A stretch of DNA of 64,000 bases from Felis catus (lineage: Eukaryota). The notes beneath the pieces were generated by a model that worked only from the letters and a program-made list of their open reading frames with translations, did no database searches and was not told the origin of the DNA. Position numbers and translations under genes: made by a program. Positions 12,847-26,224 of the stretch are shown here, piece by piece; the first letter of the stretch is position 1, and every line of letters begins with the position of its first letter. The stretch covers positions 221,094,001 through 221,158,000 of the forward strand of contig NC_058368.1 of NCBI RefSeq assembly GCF_018350175.1, written 5' to 3'.

Positions 12847-15753
12847 CAACCCATCAGGTGATATCTTCTTTTTCAGTAGTCTAGCTTGTGTATACTCCTA
12901 GCATAGTGGCAAAGCTCTAAGAGGAGGAAGTAAGATATTACTCTGAGGTCCTAAAATATCACTTCAACTGAAATCTCTTGGTCAAATTGAGTCTACTAGA
13001 CAAACTAGATTCTATGCCTCGTTATGAGAGCTTATGCAGGTGCCATCTATTCAGGGTTTTTTAGCAAATTTTATCATAAACAATAATGTTTTAGTGGTTT
13101 TAGAAATGTTTGAAGCATAAGGACAATCAAACAAAGCTTTTTATTACATATTTTATGTGGTATTGCTTAGTTCTAGAAAAGTTTCACATAAACAAGAACC
13201 AGAACTTGTAAAGCTTAAAATATGAGAAATACAAATATTAGATATGTATATATATTTGAAATTAATATACATATAAGTATATATTAATCTAAACAATCAA
13301 GCACCTAAAAACTCCTCTGATTTAACTTTATAGATTTTATTGACTTTTGTTATTTTTCTCAAAATCCTTAAAATATACTAATAGCCCAGAAGTTTTCAAC
13401 TGTGCCCAAAAAATCCCATAGGCTTCTGTATGAAGATACAATAAGGGCTACCATGCTTGAATTCTAAACCAAACTTATCCCACCAGGTTTTCTGATTCCA
13501 GTGCTGGCTCTTGCTCCTTTCCATAGCTCGTCTACACTTCCTGTACTTTCTCAAGGCTTCCTTTGTTCATAGTAAGGGGTTTCAAATGTGAAACTATGAT
13601 ACCTGTAGGAGGGGTGCTACCACTGATTTGCACTGGTATAGACAGTTCTGATGTCATGTTTTGTCCTTATGAAATAAGAAAAACAATAAGCAATTTGTGA
13701 AAAACCTGGGTTCAACCAATCTAGGATATATCAGTCTATTTATTTTTCATTATTTTTTTAAAGCAGTCCTCCCAGAGCTCAAAAATAACTTATTCAAGCT
13801 CCAATTCTGGTAATTTAAATTTCTGCTGAATTAAGGTTTGATTTAATTTCACCATAGGGAAGCACAGATTCAGATCTGACTTGTAAATCTATAGTATGCG
13901 GAGTCCTTCTTACTCTTAAATTTTTTGATGACTTCTGGTTTACAGAGTCTCAGGTGTGAACTGCATGCATTAGCATGGTATAACTAAAGTCTAAAACTGA
14001 TCCCCAAAAGTGTTAGAATTGATGGAAATTGAAACCGTAAAGCTTAAAAACCTTTCGCAGCATGGTTATACTGATTGTGACCTATTTGTAACAAGTGTAA
14101 TCAAAATTTTTAAATATCAAAATAAGATATCTTATGCATTGCACAATGCCATTATTTCATTCAATAATAAAAACGCATAAAGTAAAAACACGTTAAATAA
14201 AGACTCTGGAAGACATATTAAAGTTCTACAATGAGGAATATACATTTAAAAAAATTAGCTGAGACTTGGAGCACTTGTTCAGAGAGAAGGAAATATGTAA
14301 ACTGCTCTGATAATCCAATTATAAATATATGTATAGATTAATACAAAGAGTAATTAAAAATTTGAGAGGGCAATTTGCTACTTTATTTGCACAACTACAA
14401 AAAATGAGAAGGTATAGTTATCCCAAAGTTTGTTGTTACTGGTAATAAAACTTTGAATTTTAAAGCGTATTATTATTTTCATCACTGTTGGTTTTATGAC
14501 GGCTTAAGAAATTCATTCAGCCATTTTTGGAAATGTTCAATTTAACGCATTACGTATAGCTAGTTGTTTTCACTAGAAAAGAAACTGAACTTTAAAGTTC
14601 AAAGTTAGCAAACTAAGCATTTTAATGAGGCAGGTATTTCTACTAAGCCAAGTTTATTCAAAGAATGGATACTTAATGTGCTTTCAGCCAAATGTTAGAC
14701 ATCTTTAAATTCTGCCCTCCTAAAAACATCTGAAGCCAATATATTTTAATGGACTTTAAGATAATTTCTTATCTTTTCTTTCAAATGAGTCCATATAAAA
14801 TTCATCTAGGTTAATGGGGAAGTTAAATAGATGAAAAAGCAGAATTGCGACAAAATGAAAAGTATATATGCTCTTATAATTATTTTCCTAATGTTACCTT
14901 TTCCTAAAGTTCTATTTCCTGGAATAAAGATGAGATATTTTCAACATGGAATTTTATTAAGAATCCCTTTCCTGCAAGATTCATCCTTCAGAAGGGACTT
15001 ACTCTTTGGTGGTTTACATTTTATTTAAAATTGACATCTTCAACTAAATAATAGCTAACAGTTTGAAGCAGGAAGGACAAAAGTCTAAATCAAAATAGTC
15101 AGTTTTGCAGTGGATGAAGAACTTGAATCCTAACAGGTTAATTTCATTCTTTTAGTGTTTTATTTTATCTTTGATGTGCCCCAGTATCCAGTATGCTGTT
15201 GCCCAGAAGAACTTTCTTCAGGTAACACATTTGACGTTCAGCAATCTATAATTCTTTAGAGGGTCCTTTCATGCTAACCCTGTACTGTTAGATCCTGGAA
15301 TAGAATGATCATTTGTAGTAGAGAACAAAGTTTTTCTTCCTATTTCCAGTGTCTACCAGCACTAACGTAAAGATGACTAATGCCTTTAATGTCTTACCCT
15401 GGTCTAAAGGGGACCGGGATGGTTAATTTTGTGTGTCAACTTGACTGGGCCAGGGAGTGCCCAAATCGTTGGCTAAATATTACTCTGGGTGTATCTACTG
15501 GAGTATCTCGGGGTGAAGGTAACCGTTTGATCAGTATACTATGAAAAACAGATTGCTCTCCCTAATGTAAGTGATCTTCATCCAATCAGTTGAGGGTGTA
15601 AATACAATAAAAAGGCATACTCCCATGAGTAAGAGGGAATTTCCTCCTGCCTGACTGCTTTGAGCTAAGATATTTGTTATTTCTAGCCTTTGGACTTGAA
15701 CTGAAATATTGGTTCTTTCTGCCTGCCTGCCTGTGGACTAGAACTGCGCCATT

Positions 15754-15797
<44 letters not shown>

Positions 15798-15984
15798 GAC
15801 ACACATACATACATACATACATATGTGGATATCGCACACGCACACGTGGGCACTCCCTGGCCCAGTCAAGTTGACACACAAAATCTTTTGGTTCTGCTTC
15901 TCTGGAGAATCTTGACTCATGCAAATTTTGGTACAGTGGTTCTAGAAGCACAGAATTTTAAGGATGAGTCTTCTGAATTGGTTC

Positions 15985-17620
15985 TGGGGTTTCTGGAATT
16001 TACTTTCTAATCTGGTTAGATTTATAAATTTGAATGGCTCTATTTCCAGTAGTAAGAAGCACACTGATGGTCTGTGGTGTGATTTGGTAATAGAAATACT
16101 TGATGCATCTCCTTAGATACTCCTAATTAACCACTGATAAAAAGCAAGGATCTCAGTGACTGTGTATATGATATTTTCAAACATTTTTCTCAAACTAATG
16201 AATATAGAGATACTGGCTGGTTGCCCCTAATGTCACTGGACAAAGTAGGAAAGGAAATGATGAGCTCAGGGATTTGAATTCCCAGCTTTAGTGCCCCATA
16301 AATGACCTGAAGCCTTTTGTGTGTGTGTGCCTGAGGAAACCATTATCTCCTACAGCCATAGGGGTGAGATTGCTGAAAATCAAATGCAGAATCTCAGCCT
16401 AGAAATGGCTGAATTACAACACAGATTGAACCTGCTGGGGGTCTGATGTTAAAATGAGGTCATTGATTGAGAACAGTGGAATCCTGGAAGTTGGAATGGG
16501 AATGTGTGAGATGACCATATAAAGCTGGGGACATTGAGCCTCTAAATTCCGATGAGTTTTCTTGGCAAGTGGAGGAGGCCTCCCCATGCTTAGTGTAAGC
16601 AACCTCTCTTCTTGCCTGAGATTAACCCTACATTGCCAGAGGAAACCGAATGGACTCCTCTTAGGCAGTTGTGAGGCCAGATAATGCTGATTCTTTTCAG
16701 GACCCACCCACACCATGCCTCTTTGCTTCTAGATCTATAACTAGACTCAAGTCTGAACAGGCCCTTAAAGGTGAGGTACCCAGCATGGCCTATGAGAGGA
16801 TGTCCTTCACACCAAAAGAGCAACTTAAGTTTTTCTAATTTATATAACCAGAAATCAGGGAAAACATACAAGAAAGGATATTTAATGGTGTGGGATAATG
16901 GTGGAAGGAATATAAAATGGATAAGACCAGATTTATTTATAATGAGCTCTCTAAATAGAAATTCTGCATTTAATGTTATAGCTTGAGGAATTAAAAATTT
17001 GGTTCTTTGGCTGAAACATGGACCAAACCATAATCCATGGTGAAAGAGTTGAACATGCAGGGCCTGTCCTGGTTTAATGTATAGGAAGGGATTCAAATGC
17101 TTAGAGTTCAGAATGTTAGAATGGATTTATAATTTAAAACTTACACACACAGGGAGGGTCCACAAGATGTACCTTTCAGTACCTCTCTGAGAAATAAACT
17201 TGTGAGGGGAGCTCCAACATCCTAAAAGAGCTCTGTAATTACTCTCCTCTGTAGGCCAGATACTTGGGACTGCAAAACCTAAATGTAATAGGAAAACTGG
17301 GTCCCAGAGGGGCCAGGGCCAAGTGGTGCTACTCATCTTTCAAAGTCAAGGAAGGCATGCTTACTGTAATGAGCAGCCAAGCCATGATCAGAATAGTCTA
17401 ACTCTTGCAGATCTATGACATTGGCTAGTTGATCATGGTGTTTCCAGAAGTGAAATAAATAGAAAGCCTACTAACTTCTAATATGATCTGTAAAAGCAGA
17501 AAATTTCTGGGTTAAGTAAAAATAGTAACTTGAATCATAAAAACAGAGTCATGGCCACCTTGATCAATTCCCAGACTTGATCCAGTTTAGAGACCCAGGA
17601 CCCTTTGAATGAAAGTAAGG
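15985..17620 (+). pseudogene. gag: ERVL gag remnant (frameshifted, stops)
   Basis: ORF 16771..16986 LYNQKSG...VWDNGGRNIK...LNRNSAFNVIA matches ERVL Gag. Boundaries approximate. Confidence 0.8.
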
Positions 17621-17739
17621 CTAGGTCCTCTTGAAGAATGCACCCTCTACACTATCAAAAATTTATACTATTCATCTTTCTCTGTGCCCTTCTCCAAAGA
17701 AACCTAAAGTGTTTTACCAGGGTAACTGTGTACTGGGGG

Positions 17740-19250
17740 AAAGGCAATAATTAGACCTTTTGAGGACTACTAAATACCGTCTGAACTGACATTAAGTCCA
17801 AAAGACCTAAAACATCACTGTGATCCACCCATAGAGTAGGAGCATATGGGAGTAAGGTAATTAACAGAGTTTTAATTCAGGTCCATTTCACAGCATGAAC
17901 AGTGTATTGCTGGACCCATCCTCTGGCTATTTCCTCAGTTCTAGGATGCCTACTTCTAACATATACTCAGCAGCTGCCAGAGCATCTACACTGTTTTTCC
18001 GACCTGTGGAGTGAGGGCTAATGTGGTAGGAATTGCGAGGCAGAAGCCACTAGAACTGCCTATCCCTCGGAAAATAGCAAACCAAAAGCAATACCACATT
18101 CTTGGAGGGACAGTAGAGACTATTGCCACCAACAGTAAGATGCCGTGGTGGTCATTTCCACCATATTTTCATTCATGTCACCTGTTCAGCCAACGCAGAG
18201 AACAAATCTTAGAGAACGCCATAGTATTGTAAGCTCAACCAGGTGGTGACTCCAACTGCAGCTCCTATACTACATATAGTTTTATTGCTTGAACAAATTA
18301 AAATATTTCTTGTTATGCATCTGTTGATCTGGAAAATGCTTTTTGTTCTAGATGTCTGTTAGTAAAGATCACTGGAAGTTTGCTTTGAGGAGGCCAAGCC
18401 AGCAATATACCCTCACTGTCTTACCTCAGAGGTGCATCAACTTTCCAACTCTGTCACAATTTAGTTCATAGAGAGCTTGATCATCTACCCTTCTGCAAGA
18501 TATCACATTATGTGTATTTGACATAGCAAGCAAGAAGTAGCAACAATTCTAAATTTATTGCTGAGACATTTGCATGTCAGAGGGGGGAAATAAGTCTGAC
18601 AAATTTCAGAGCCATTCTTTTACCTCAGTGAAATCTCCAAGAGTCCAGGGGTATGCTTAAGTTGAGATATCTCTTCTAAGGTGAAAAATAAATTATTGTT
18701 TATTTCTGGTTGCTCCTACAGTGAAAGAAGAGGCATCATGCTCAGTGGGACTCTTTGAAATTTTGAGGCAATGCTTTCCTCATTTGCATGTATTCTTCCC
18801 ATTTACTGAGTGGCTTGAAAGCTGCTAGTTTTGAGTGGGGATCAGGACAAGAAAAGCCTCTGTAAAACGTTTAAGCTTCTGTGCAAGTTGCCACCCTGCC
18901 ATATGATCCAACAGATACAATGGTGCTTGAAAGGTCAGAGAGAGAGATGCCCTTTGGAGCCTTTTGGAGGTTCTTCTATGTGTATCACAGTTTAAATTCT
19001 TTAGAATTTTGGAGGAAAGTCCTGCCATAACTGTAGATAGCTTCTCTCTTTTTGAGAAATAGCTTTGACCTGCTACTTGGCCTTAATAGAGACTGAATGT
19101 TTTACCATGGACAACCAGTATATCATGTCAACTGAGCTTCTCCTCATGAAACTGGTATGGCAAAGAGACTACAGAGTGGGTTGCAAAGAAAGAAGTCATA
19201 AATACCAGTCACAATCATGTGACCTGTTAGATAGAAACGGCGACTGTAAT
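17740..19250 (+). pseudogene. pol: ERVL pol remnant with large internal deletion
   Basis: ORF 18011..18232 KPLELPIPRKIANQKQYHILGG matches the ERVL RT N-terminus. Sequence jumps near 19160 to the pol 3' end. Confidence 0.8.
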
Positions 19251-20489
19251 TATCATGAACATGTCCGTCTTATTTTATTATAAATATCTCTGAATGTGAG
19301 TGTGTGCATATGTGTATGTACTAGGCAAATACCTTTTCTTCCTGCTCTTATTCCTTATCGTGTAACATAAGAGATATTTAGTATTTAAGTATTGTTAATT
19401 TTACATCATAATATGTTAAGTTATCAGCTATCAAGGACAGAAGTAAACATTCACAAACTCTCTATCTCTTCTTCTGGACAGGAGTTTATTTTAGTTCTAC
19501 ATGGCATAATTGTATCATAAGGACCTTATTGTTTTATTTAAATTTTAAGTTTGTGGAAATGAGTATGGTTGTCACATTGACAAGTAGACTTGTGATAGTT
19601 AATTTTATGTGTCAACTTGATGAAGTCATGTGGTACCCGGATATTTTGTTAACCATTATTCTGCATGTGTCTGTGAGGGTATTTTTGGATGAAACTAACA
19701 TTGAAATCAGTAGACTGAGTAGAGAAGATTGCTCTGCTTAATGTGGGTGAGTCTTCAACTAAACAGTTGAAGGCCTGAATAAAACAAAAAGGTTGACCCT
19801 TCCATGGGTAGGAAGGAAATCCTTCTTTACTTCATGGGCTAGAACTTAAGGCCTTAGTCTTTTTCGGCCTTTGGACTTAGACTGAGATATCAACTTTTGC
19901 TGTATCTCTAGCCATAACTATTCTTGAGTCTTGAACCAGCTGGTGTTCAGGATGGAACTTGTAAGATCTTTCTTGGTTTTGAGGCCTCTGAAGTTGGAGT
20001 AGAACTACACATTGGCTTTCTTGGGTCTCCAGCTTGCCAAGTACAGATCATAGGGATTCTCACATCTCCATGATCTCAATGCTCATCTAGGTCATAACTG
20101 CCTAATTTTCATCATATTTGTAGTGTTCATAGTCTGAAGGAAATCCATTTTTGACTTAGGTAATAATGATCATAACCTCTCGATAATAACTTTAATAATG
20201 GGTTCTGAATAGGCTGCTCTTGGTCCAGATGAGATATAGTCCTTCCTCCCTCTAGACACAAATGTAAAAGTAGAAGCTAAAGTGACTTCTTTAAGAAGGA
20301 GCCCATAGTAGGGAGAGGTGTAAACAGAGAGAGAGGAAGTGGTTTGTGGGGAGTATAAAGGGCAATAACTAACATGTATAACAGAACATTCTTAGCCATA
20401 GAAAAGACATCTTTCATACACTCTCATGTCTATACATACTAGTCTCCGAAAATTATATATTAGCTCATTTAATTAGGAACCACCTCCAA

Positions 20490-20725
20490 AGGGCATGCCA
20501 TTGCTTCCATATGTAGGTGGTTTAACCCTCCATCAATAGCCTTTGCCTCTTTCTACTTAGTTTAACTTGGTCATGGTCATGTGATTTGTTTTGGCTAATG
20601 CAATATGAGATGTGATACGCATCACTGGAAGGACATGCAATATGAATGAACAAGAAAGATGGCTTTGTGTCATAATTTGAAGACCTATGTTGCTACAATA
20701 TACCTTGGTCTATTCTGACTGACCT
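20490..20725 (+). mobile_element. Old MLT1 (I/J-like) LTR fragment
   Basis: tggtcatgtgatttgttttggctaatg motif and ctattctgactga end. Confidence 0.55.
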
Positions 20726-21374
20726 TAGTGCATTGCTACCTTTTCTAGGTCACCTATATGATTCAACACCTCTAGTTCAATATGAAGCCAAATGATTTAT
20801 CTTTTTATGTTCTCAACTGAAAACAAACAAACAAAACTGTATATGTAACATATGCATGTCACATGTTTGCATGTTGTATGGTAAATAAATATAGTTTTGG
20901 TGCTTAGTCATTTTAAAATATGGCAGGGGATATTAGAGAGTGAGATAATTGTCATAAGAGATGCACAAAATAGTGATTCCAAAAGGAAAAGGATGTATCT
21001 TACTGAAGAATTAAATAAAAACAATCACAGGTGAAGTAACATTTGAGATGAGTCTAGAAGAATAGGCAAAGTTTTAAAATGCTAGAAATTATAAATTAAA
21101 TATACAACATTTCAGTTACTAGAAATAGTGACAGCGCATTTTAGAAGTGGGGAACAATGATTCGCTTTGGTTGGAGAGTGATGAGTTTGTCTGATTCAAG
21201 TACAGTTATGTACAAAATTGGATGTGTAATCCAGAACCATGCTGGACAGCCATGGATGTCAGGATAGGGAGATAATATGTAATTAAATGGAATAGGAGGC
21301 CATTAACAATGTTTGAGGAAAAGAGAATTACATGATGAGAAACCTGAAAAATATCTGCTAGTGTTAGTATGGCT

Positions 21375-21572
21375 ATTTATTTATTTATTTATTTATTGAT
21401 TTATTTATTTATAGAGAGAAAGCATGTGTGAGTGGGGGAGGGGCAGAGAGAGAGGAGAGAGAGAGAATCCCAAGCAGGCTCCTCACTGTCAGCACAGAGC
21501 CCCATGCGAGATCATGACATGCGCCAAAATCAAGAATTGAATGTTTAACTGACTGAGCCACTCAGGCGTCCC
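21375..21572 (-). mobile_element. Can-SINE with short internal deletion
   Basis: (TTTA)n tail, gagaatcccaagcaggc, ends caggcgtccc. atggct flanks both sides. Confidence 0.93.
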
Positions 21573-21738
21573 ATGGCTTAAGTTTTAAAATGGTGAGAGA
21601 AGTGTGGAGGTTAGCAAAGTCAATAATAAAGAGGAGAAGCAAGAGGCCTGAGGGCGACAGCACAAGATAAGAAAGAGGGCATTGAATACAAATTGTATTA
21701 CACAGGTAGAATGTGCAAGGTTTGATACCTGGGGAAAT

Positions 21739-21958
21739 GAAGGAAGGAAGGAAGGAAGGAAGGAAGGAAGGAAGGAAGGAAGGAAGGAAGGAAGGAAGGA
21801 AGGGAGGAAGGAAGGAAGGGAAGGAAGGTGGGAGGGAGGGAGGGAGGGAAGGAGAGAGGGAGGAAAGGAAGGAAGGAGGGAAGGAAAGAAGGGAGGGAGG
21901 AAGGAAAGGAAAGAAGGAGGGAGGGAGGGAAGGAGGAAGGGAGAGAGGAAGGAAGGAA
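21739..21958. repeat. (GGAA)n/(GGGA)n polypurine tract
   Basis: Direct reading. Confidence 0.98.
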
Positions 21959-23079
21959 CAACTTTGCAATTTGAGCCACTGACAACTAAGAAAGATTAAG
22001 AAAGGTTGGTTTTATTTGTGGGTGTACATGGAGCGAGTTTGTTTTAGGCCATATCACATTTCAATGTTGGTGGTATATTTATGGAGAGATGTCAGACAAT
22101 CTGCTAAAAATGGAAAACAGAGAATCTGGAGCCTATAGAGCATATATAGATGTAGAATCTGCATAGAATAACATTTGAATATATGAAAGTCGATGAAATT
22201 CCCATGGAGAAGACTATGGAGAGAGAACAGATACGACATAAAATCAACACACCACTTCCTAGCAGCAAAGATAAAAGAAAGCAGTAACTGAAGGAGTCCA
22301 GGTAAAGAACAAAGAAAAAGAAAACCCCAGAAAGTGTTTCCAAATCAAGAGAGCGAGTAACAACACAAAGTGTCACTGAGAGATCCCGATACCTAGTGCT
22401 AAGGCCAATTGGTGGTGGTGGGGGTGGGGGGAGTCCCCAGAATTGCAGGAAGCTTTGGAGACATCAGTTACAGCAGACAGATGATGGCAGAAGCTAACAT
22501 GCCCAGAGATGTGAGTGGGTGGCACAGGTGTTTAAGGACATAGACCATTTTTTTCCAGAGGTTTTGCAGTGAAATAAATGGGGAGCAATTGGAAATAATG
22601 TGAGAGACTGAAGGACTAAGATCAGGGTAGAAGAGGCCTCATCATGTTTGTAGGCTGAGAATTAGAAACCAGCAGTGTGAAGGAAACACAATCAAAGCTG
22701 AAGAATGACTTGGGAGGTGGTGGGAAAGGATGGAATCAAGAAGGCTGCACAGGCCGGCTTAGGGAAGCAGAGGAGAGATTACTTTGGAGGGGGAAAAAAA
22801 GATAAAAAATGAAACACTTCTAAGCTATTTGGAGTAAGAAGTAGTGAAGTTATAGGATCTCCTGTGAGATGATCTTCCACTACAACAGTTTCGTTGCTGA
22901 GTGTAATGAAGGAGTGGAGAAAATCTGAGTTTGGTGGAGAGTGGAAATGAAATATAAGAAAAGCTGGCCAGCAATGAGGGATCACTGAAATTTGCAGTGA
23001 CTACAAATATCTAGTCATTTTCCCTAGCAAAAATTAAACATACCAGAGCCATAGTAAACAACAATATTAAAAGGAAAAA

Positions 23080-23290
23080 AAGCAGGGGCTTTTGAGTCAG
23101 GCAGATTTGGAAATGATATTCAATGCTTTGATTTAATTTTCTGTGGGTGTGACCTTGGTCAGTTACATGTTCATGCTGAGCTTCAGGTCCCTAATCTGTA
23201 ATCTGGGGATAATACTTCTTCCGTATGTGCTTGTTTTATTATCACTAAGGTAATATGCATAACTGTAGTGCTTACCTAATATTTAGTTAT
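23080..23290 (+). mobile_element. MIR
   Basis: ggcttttgagtcaggcaga...tgtgaccttggtcagttac...atctgtaatctggggataata. Confidence 0.8.
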
Positions 23291-23605
23291 CTTCACATGG
23301 TGACTGTGTCTTACCACAGCTCAAAAACAAAGGCTGTCTCACTCGGAAAGCTTTATAGTCTTAGGCAGTTGATATGACAGCAGGAGTAGGTTGAGAAATG
23401 TAATCTGTTCCTGATGCACTTATGGACAAACTGCATTAATTGTTGCTCATTGTGACTAACATACGGTATTGGACTCTAAAGTATTAAGTCCTGGTAGCCA
23501 ATTTGGTTGTGTCTTATGGACTTAGACATTGATTATGCATCATAAAAACGAGCCTCAGATTTCACAGGAAACACATTTTTGGGAGATATCAAATTCCCTT
23601 TAGTT

Positions 23606-24072
23606 TAGGAGTCACTAATCTATGACCTGCCAATCAAATCTGGCTGGCCACCTCTTTTAGTAGAGGAAGGGTCATTGCAAAACAGCCATGTTCAGTCAAG
23701 TACTGTCTGTGGTTGCCTTTATTTATTTATTTATTTATTTGTTTGTTTGTTTGTTTATTTATTTATTTAAGTTTATTTATTATTGAGAGAGCATGAGCAT
23801 GGAGGGGCAGAGAGAGGAGGAGACACAGAATCTGAAGCAGGCTCCAGGCTCTGAGCTGTTGGCACAGACCCCGACGTGGGCCTTGAACTCACAAACCAGG
23901 AGATCATGACCTGAGCCGAAGTCTGATGCTTAACTGACTGAGCCACCCATGTGCCCCTGTCTGTGGCTGCTTGTAGACTGCAATGGCTGAATGGAGTAGT
24001 TACAACAGAGACCTACTGAAAATCCTAAAATACTTCATGTCTAGCTTTTTAGAAAAATGTTGGCTGACCTTA
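23606..24072 (+). mobile_element. MER58A (hAT-Charlie) interrupted by a SINE
   Basis: caaatctggctggccacct...acagccatg...gagtagttacaacagagacc...ttggctgacc matches MER58A. Confidence 0.8.
23718..23957 (-). mobile_element. Can-SINE (SINEC_Fc-type)
   Basis: TSD tgtctgtggYtgc at 23704-23716 and 23958-23970. Confidence 0.96.
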
Positions 24073-25611
24073 TTCTAGGTAATAAACTAATATTGCTAGT
24101 AAAATAGTGCCTAGATGTCATGGGTCACCATTGCCATAGTCAGCATTTGTATTTATTTGTGAACAGTCTGTGTCATTTTATAGTGTTGTAGAAAATACAT
24201 AGATTAGGTTCATTCATCTGGAAGTTGAATGAAGGTAAATATTACATTTCTTTCTGTATGTTTACTAAAGACTTGATCATGCATGCGGCCTCCAAAATTT
24301 TAATATTGTTCCTATTTACTTTTTACTTATCACATTCGAATAATAAAATGTTAAACATTATACATGCAAACTTCAGAACTGCTAAGGGACTAACAAAAAT
24401 GATTAGTTTAAACATGCAATTAATATATATTACTAAGAAAAATATCATTAAATATTAATTTCATAAAATATTAATGTCTATCAATGCTTCTACTTCCCCT
24501 ATTCAATTGCCCATTAAATTGCAAACACAGATAAAGTTCAAAATTCTAATTGATAAAAGTGGAAACAAAACACTTCCTGTAGGGATTTTTCTTTTTAATG
24601 AGCTCTGTGTTACCAGAAGCATATTAGGGACATGAAACAAACCACCCCCTCACTTCCCCCCCATCTCCTCCCAAGATAAAGAACTATTTGTTAAAAAGAA
24701 TGTGCTCTGGTAAGAAAGAGAAGGAATAAAGAAAGCAAGCTTTATTGCTTGTCTTACAAATAATGCAATACAGCAAAGGCATCTAAAAGGTAGATAGCAG
24801 AATTGCCCAATAAATAATTAACCCAAACCAAGTGCAATATATTTATGTGTGCCTATAATAAAACAATGGATGATCCTTTTAATGTAGTTCAAGTCTAGCT
24901 GCCAGATATTTCATTATATCATATGCCTTAGCCACACATAGCTATCTATAAATAACTGCATTGTCCTAAAACATTGACCAAGAAGTCCCTTTTGCTAAAT
25001 ATTAGGATCACTGCAGGGCTGCATTTTACTTCCACTTGACTTGACATCATTAATTAAAACCCTTAGGTGTTGAGCTCATACACACCTTTGCACATAATCT
25101 CTTTTATCTCATGCTCCAAAAAAATATGAGTCCATATTTCTTTCTATGCTTTAAGCCAGTTTGGATTAGTGAGACCACATGACTGTATTATCCATTCAAG
25201 TACACATGCAATGCAATGTAAATTGGTTTTAATGGCCTCTCCGTAATTGTTCTTAGAGGTAGTTGGATCTAACTTATTTCACGGATTCCTTATAATGGAT
25301 GTCCTTATGTATAATGAAGACTTCTAAAAAAGCAAAACCTGTTTCACTGCAAAATGCCGATGCATATTTCTCCATACCTGTCCGCGTATAGAATTATAAT
25401 GTCTCAATCGCTGCCTTGTGCAAATGTCAAGATTCCATTATGTTAATGCAAATCTAGTTTAGATAAACACAAAAAATTGTTATTTGTAATTAAGTGAACG
25501 ATAACTAATATTATCTTTATTTGCATTACGTTTTTTGCTTTTCTTTTGAGCTGCTTCTGGCTGGGATTGCAAAGGTTTCCCTTCTCCCTTAGAAGCTTGC
25601 TCAAGTGCTTT

Positions 25612-25616
<5 letters not shown>

Positions 25617-25655
<39 letters not shown>

Positions 25656-25657
25656 TT

Positions 25658-25689
<32 letters not shown>

Positions 25690-25971
25690 TTTTCTTTTCT
25701 TTCCTTCCTTCCTTCCTTCCTTCCTTCCTTCCTTCCTTCCTTCCTTCCTTCCTTCTTTTTTAATGTTTATTTATTAGAGAGAGAGAGAGAGAGAGAGAGG
25801 GAGGGAGGGAGCAAGGGAAGGGCAGAGAGAGAGGGAGACACAGAATCTGAAGCTAACTCCAGGCTCTGAGCTGTCAGCACAGTGCCTGACGCAGGGCTGG
25901 AACTCACAGGCTGTGAGATCATGACCTGAGCAGAAGTTGGACGCTTAACCGCCTGAGCCACCCAGGAGCCC
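25617..25971 (-). mobile_element. Can-SINE whose tail expanded to (GAAA)n(GGAA)n
   Basis: TSD tcaagtgYttttcttt at 25601-25616 and 25973-25988 encloses both the SINE body and the microsatellite. Confidence 0.95.
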
Positions 25972-26224
25972 ATCAAGTGTTTTTCTTTAATCTGTGGACA
26001 GACCCATGTTTCTGCCCCCAAATCTCATATCTATAATGTAATTTAATGTCCCTTGGTTTTAGCTCTTTTCATCATAGAAGGTGAACTTTAAAAGGTATGA
26101 TTTTTATATTTAAGTCAGAAAAAAAAACACAACTCTGTGCCTATCATTGTATAAACATAAGTATACTACCTCTGTAATGTATTGCATGTACTACATTCCA
26201 GGAACTGTAATTTACAAACATATA

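Larger units (their letters stand above)
11765..13050 (-). mobile_element. Old MLT1 LTR remnants (about 11765-11810 and 12603-13050) split by an MLT2 LTR
   Basis: cccaaaacttagtagcttaaacaa and atcacttcaactgaaatctcttggtcaaa are antisense MLT1 motifs. Confidence 0.5.
15415..20072 (+). mobile_element. Decayed ERVL provirus: MLT2B-type 5' LTR 15415-15923, internal 15924-19590, truncated 3' LTR 19591-20072
   Basis: Two homologous LTR starts (gatggttaattttgtgtgtcaacttga / tgtgatagttaattttatgtgtcaacttga). Degenerate Leu-type PBS ttttggtacagtggttctag after the 5' LTR. gag and pol remnants lie between. Confidence 0.93.
20940..22900 (-). mobile_element. L2 fragments, interrupted by a SINE and (GGAA)n
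   Basis: acatttgagatgagtctagaagaat, ggaggccattaaca and gttttaggccat...ggagagatgtcag are antisense L2 motifs. Confidence 0.65.

Noticed and set aside
12598..12901. Low-complexity ORFs (ERER, SFFL, KEGR, poly-R; also near 21562-21999, 50420 and 59489)
   Set aside because: Translations of microsatellites.
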